DNA of 64,000 bases from Chiloscyllium plagiosum (Eukaryota), in contig NC_057720.1 in assembly GCF_004010195.1 (NCBI RefSeq), positions 24,055,236 through 24,119,235 on the forward strand. Reading direction: 5' to 3'. The translations under genes were made by a program, and so were the position numbers. Every line of letters starts with the position of its first letter. The first letter of the stretch is position 1. The notes beneath the pieces are model-generated. The model did not search any database. It was not told where the DNA came from and worked only from the letters and a program-made list of their open reading frames with translations. Positions 60,640 to 64,000 of the stretch are shown piece after piece.

Positions 60640-61530
60640 GATAGAGTTAGCTAAATAGACCAGGCTAGAAGTTAAAAAGATGAGGCAGTATATATGCACG
60701 GAAAGATATTAAGAAGATATTTCATAACTCTCAAAAGGTATATTCTATTGTGAAAGAAAGCCTCTATGAACAACAAACCATCTTTGACGAAGTGGGGAGG
60801 TCACAAATTGTATATAAATTGAATGAAAGAAAAGGTGTACAATGAGGGAAGGCCAGAGTACTGCAAAAAAAATTGAACCCCTTCCAAACATGATCTTAAA
60901 AAAAGAGAAGAAAGTACAATTCTACAAGTATGCAAGATAGTTGTGTAGCTAAAGTGAATATTAGTCTCTTGGAGGAATAAGATTGGTGAATTGGAAAAGA
61001 GGAAATGGTGGAAACTTTGAATAAATACTAGTATCTGTCCTCCTAGTGGAAGGAAATGCATCCCAGTGAAAGTTGAAATTCAAGAGGGAAAAGGGATGAA
61101 AGAACTTAAACAGTCACGAGAGATAAAAATACAAGGAAATCTAGTAGGTTGAAAGACCTTGGACCCAGGAACCAAGAGATTGTTTACAGAGATAGTAGAT
61201 ACATTGGTTTGAATCTTCTAAATTTCCTTAGATATTGGAAATGGCCTAGCAGATTTGAAAACTGCAAATGCCACATCACTATTTAACAAATGCACAGGAT
61301 GGGGAGGGATGTGGAAGACACAGAAAAAAGGTAAATATGGGACAGTTAGTTTAATATCTGTCATTGGGAAAATGCTGGAATACATTATTAAGGATGTAGT
61401 ATCAGGACATTTAGGAAATCATAATTAACCAATATTGAGAAAAGGGGAAATCATGTTCATCAAATTTATCAGGTTATTTGAGGATGTGTAAAGCAAAATT
61501 GATAAAGGGGAACTAGGAGCTGTATTCAAG
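60640..61530 (+). mobile_element. Very old CR1 ORF2 fragment
   Basis: Decayed equivalents of WKTANATSLF...GKYGTVSLISVIGKMLE and KGKSCS.NL..LFEDV. Confidence 0.6.
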
Positions 61531-63073
61531 GTGTCAACATCTATTTTGCCAATAACACTGTTCAGAGGGTGCATGGAGTTTGCTCAGTCAGTTCTGGCCA
61601 AAAATAGCAATTAGAGTTCCTTCTATATTATGGTATCCTGATTTGGATATTAACAGGTCAGACAGCTTAAAATAAGCTTTGGCAATAGTAAGCCATTGAA
61701 AAAGTGACTGTGGACATTTGAATGTGATGCTATATCTACACGGGAGCCCTTTTAGAGAAGCGCCCCTCTTACTTTGATAAGTTAAATTTGATCTCCTATG
61801 CTGGCACTGTGCAATGTCATATTGTCTCTTCTTCTATTTTAAGGGCTACTTTACAGAACACCAATATTGAGTGCAGCACAAGCCATTCCTGCTACAGTTG
61901 AGCTACCGCTAGCGAGTTAATTGGAATCCAACGAACCAGGCAAGCAGAACTTGCAGAATCTTGCATTAGTTGTAATTGGTTAAAAACGGGGCATCCATGG
62001 ATATGCTAACAGTATGTCATTTATCTGCAGGACATAAAGGAAAGAAAATCATGTCACAGGATTGCCATGACTCTGTGCTGGGAGACTGCGTATATGTGCT
62101 AGCAACTACAGACATGAATAGCACTCCTAGATGAACAGAATGAATTAAATTGCATACTGCAGCAAATAAGCTACCCTAAAGATTGTTGAACTAAGTTCAT
62201 ATGCAGAGGTCACTGTTCTGCACTTCCATATATTTTGAGCTATTACATAATTAATAGATTTTTTTCAATCATTTAAAATATTCTTTCACTTCTCTTAAAT
62301 GATGAACGTTATACAATTGTTCATGCCCTATTTGCATACTGCTCTTATTTTCCCCCAATGGTTTGAAATTTAGCTTACACAAGTAAGCTTGTGATTTCAA
62401 TGAAATGAGTTGTCCCTGTAACTGGTCTAAGGTTTCAATTCATAAACTTCGTAACAAAAGGATAAACATCTGACACTAATTGTTCTATAAAGTTTTTATT
62501 TGTTAAAGTGTTTGTAAGAAGACATTAATATGGAATTTAAATATACAAGGATATTGGTTTCTGTAACTGCACCTAATGCACTTCAGAATAAGATGTGTTA
62601 TAATGTTTTAGAAAAAGTTTCTTGCAAAAGATGTTTCATTTTCCCTATTACTGCAAAAGCCAAGTATTTGCAAATCCCTGCCAAACAGGGCAGGGACCAA
62701 GCAGAGAGGACATGTTGCCAACCCAGTATTGCAAAAGATGCAGTAAAACTCTTCACTACATGTGAGCCGAACGTAAAAATAAAATAAAAATGCTGCAAGT
62801 ACTCTAATTTAAAAGCAAAGTTGCTGAAATATTTGACTTCAGAGCAAGAGCAGGAAACGATATTGATATAATCATCAGTGCTCTGGAAAGAAACCTGAGG
62901 GAAGGAACCCAAGTTCAGGTGGAACAAAGAGTATTTTACATGTTCAGTGAAAAGTCAGTCGTACTTAGGTATAACATTTCCTGTATAGTGTATAACTCAT
63001 TCAATATGATAACATAGCCAGCACATATCCTCTTCCCTGTTTTCACCCTGATTTGCTCTACAACAGCCTCCAA

Positions 63074-63166
63074 CCTGATGAAGGGTTTTTGCCCGAAACG
63101 TAAATTTTCCTATTTCTTGGATGCTGCCTGACCTGCTGTGCTTTTCCAGCGCCACTCTAATCTTGA
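63074..63166 (+). mobile_element. PLE family A minimal copy starting at the hammerhead core
   Basis: C-CTGATGA-A-GGGT-tttt-GCCC-GAAA-CGTA then GGATGCTGCCTGACCTGCTG; imperfect TSD CAACAG(CC/TA)TCCAA at 63061-63073 and 63167-63179. Confidence 0.8.
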
Positions 63167-63179
63167 CAACAGTATCCAA

Positions 63180-63892
63180 TGTCCTTTTCCCTTCCCTTTT
63201 CACAGCAGCTTCCTACACAAGCACAGCAGATGCAATACCTTTCACTTGTACCTCCATTTAGTATGCTGGATACACTGCTCATTATACAGTGCACTCCAAC
63301 ATTAGAGAAAGAAAATGCACAATCAAATGGTAACTTTGCAATTTCCCATGAAAATCACATGTAATGCTAACCTGCTGGTTCCCTTTGATTTTAATTCTCT
63401 GCTCCACTCCCACTGTGTCCTCTATCTCCTAAACTCTTCCAATGAAGTTTAAAAAATTGAATTTCATCTTTCAGTTAATCATTTTACAACCTTCTAGATT
63501 CCATGTTGCATTCAAAAACAAGATCATAAGTGTTGCCACCCTTTTCTTCAAAAGATAGCTCTTGGTGATCATCGACTATTCCTGTTTAGGAGACCTGTCT
63601 TTGTTCTACCTGCTTCATTATCACCTCCTCTTTGCTGTGGACTACCACCCTATTTGTCAAACTTGCCAAAGATTTACGCTTGCTCTGTACCAACTTCGCT
63701 TCTTCCCTGTGTTAGTGGTTGTTTAAAAACATCACTTAAGTTTGTAACTTTTTCAAATTCTGACTAGCGGTGATTGACCTGAAACATTAACTCTGTTTCT
63801 GGCTCCACAAGTATTGTCTTGATTCTTAAATATTTCTAGAACTTTCTGTTTTTTTATTTCAATTTTCTAGTATCTGTAGTATTTTACTTTTG
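63180..63892 (+). mobile_element. Old Penelope-like element 3' end (decayed GIY-YIG end + family B terminal repeat)
   Basis: Decayed FNS..HSH and FIFQL..LQPS motifs at ~63380-63510, then TCTGACTAG...GACCTGAAACATTAACTCTG and the family B tail. Confidence 0.6.
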
Positions 63893-64000
63893 TACTATGG
63901 CCTAAGTGTAACCACAAGAGCACGCTTATGCTTTTGGCATTAAAAATGTGTTTCATTTTACGATCTACATTTAGAAGTTAATTTCTTGAACCACCACAGT

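Noticed and set aside
62031..62134. Possible next coding exon (branch-like CTAAC at 62006-62010, acceptor TTATCTGCAG, open 34 codons in the required phase)
   Set aside because: The peptide GHKGKKIMSQDCHDSVLGDC shows no recognisable MISP/AKAP2 C-terminal motif and there is no strong donor; not supportable without RNA data.
1..64000. CRISPR arrays, rRNA genes, prokaryotic operons, and the many 60-140-aa ORFs in the track
   Set aside because: No regularly spaced repeats or rRNA signatures were seen; the short ORFs are repeat-derived or random in AT-rich eukaryotic DNA.

Overview
Eukaryotic genomic DNA, very likely from a cartilaginous fish (shark), inferred from HE1-type tRNA-derived SINEs, shark-type CR1 LINEs and abundant Penelope-like element (PLE) remnants. 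Only one host coding segment is supportable: a ~2.4-kb first coding exon (54408-56811, +) of a MISP-family protein, closest by recalled motifs to MISP3. A candidate CpG-rich promoter and non-coding first exon sit at ~15960-16270, which would make most of the window one ~38-kb first intron. The rest is nested retroelement debris: CR1, Rex1/Babar, SINEs, PLEs, one solo LTR and one MITE. The most notable signal is a set of minimal type-I hammerhead ribozyme motifs (CUGANGA + 1 extra nt, stem II, GAAA, palindromic loopless stem III, NUH, short stem I) in at least three PLE terminal-repeat families. Stems I and II show compensatory changes between copies. Many copies sit in short, TSD-flanked, non-coding fold-back elements whose junctions cluster at the ribozyme core. 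Also present are a near-identical 322-bp inverted duplication and a 71-bp duplication flanking a CR1. All calls were made by eye without database searches, and boundaries of old repeats are approximate.
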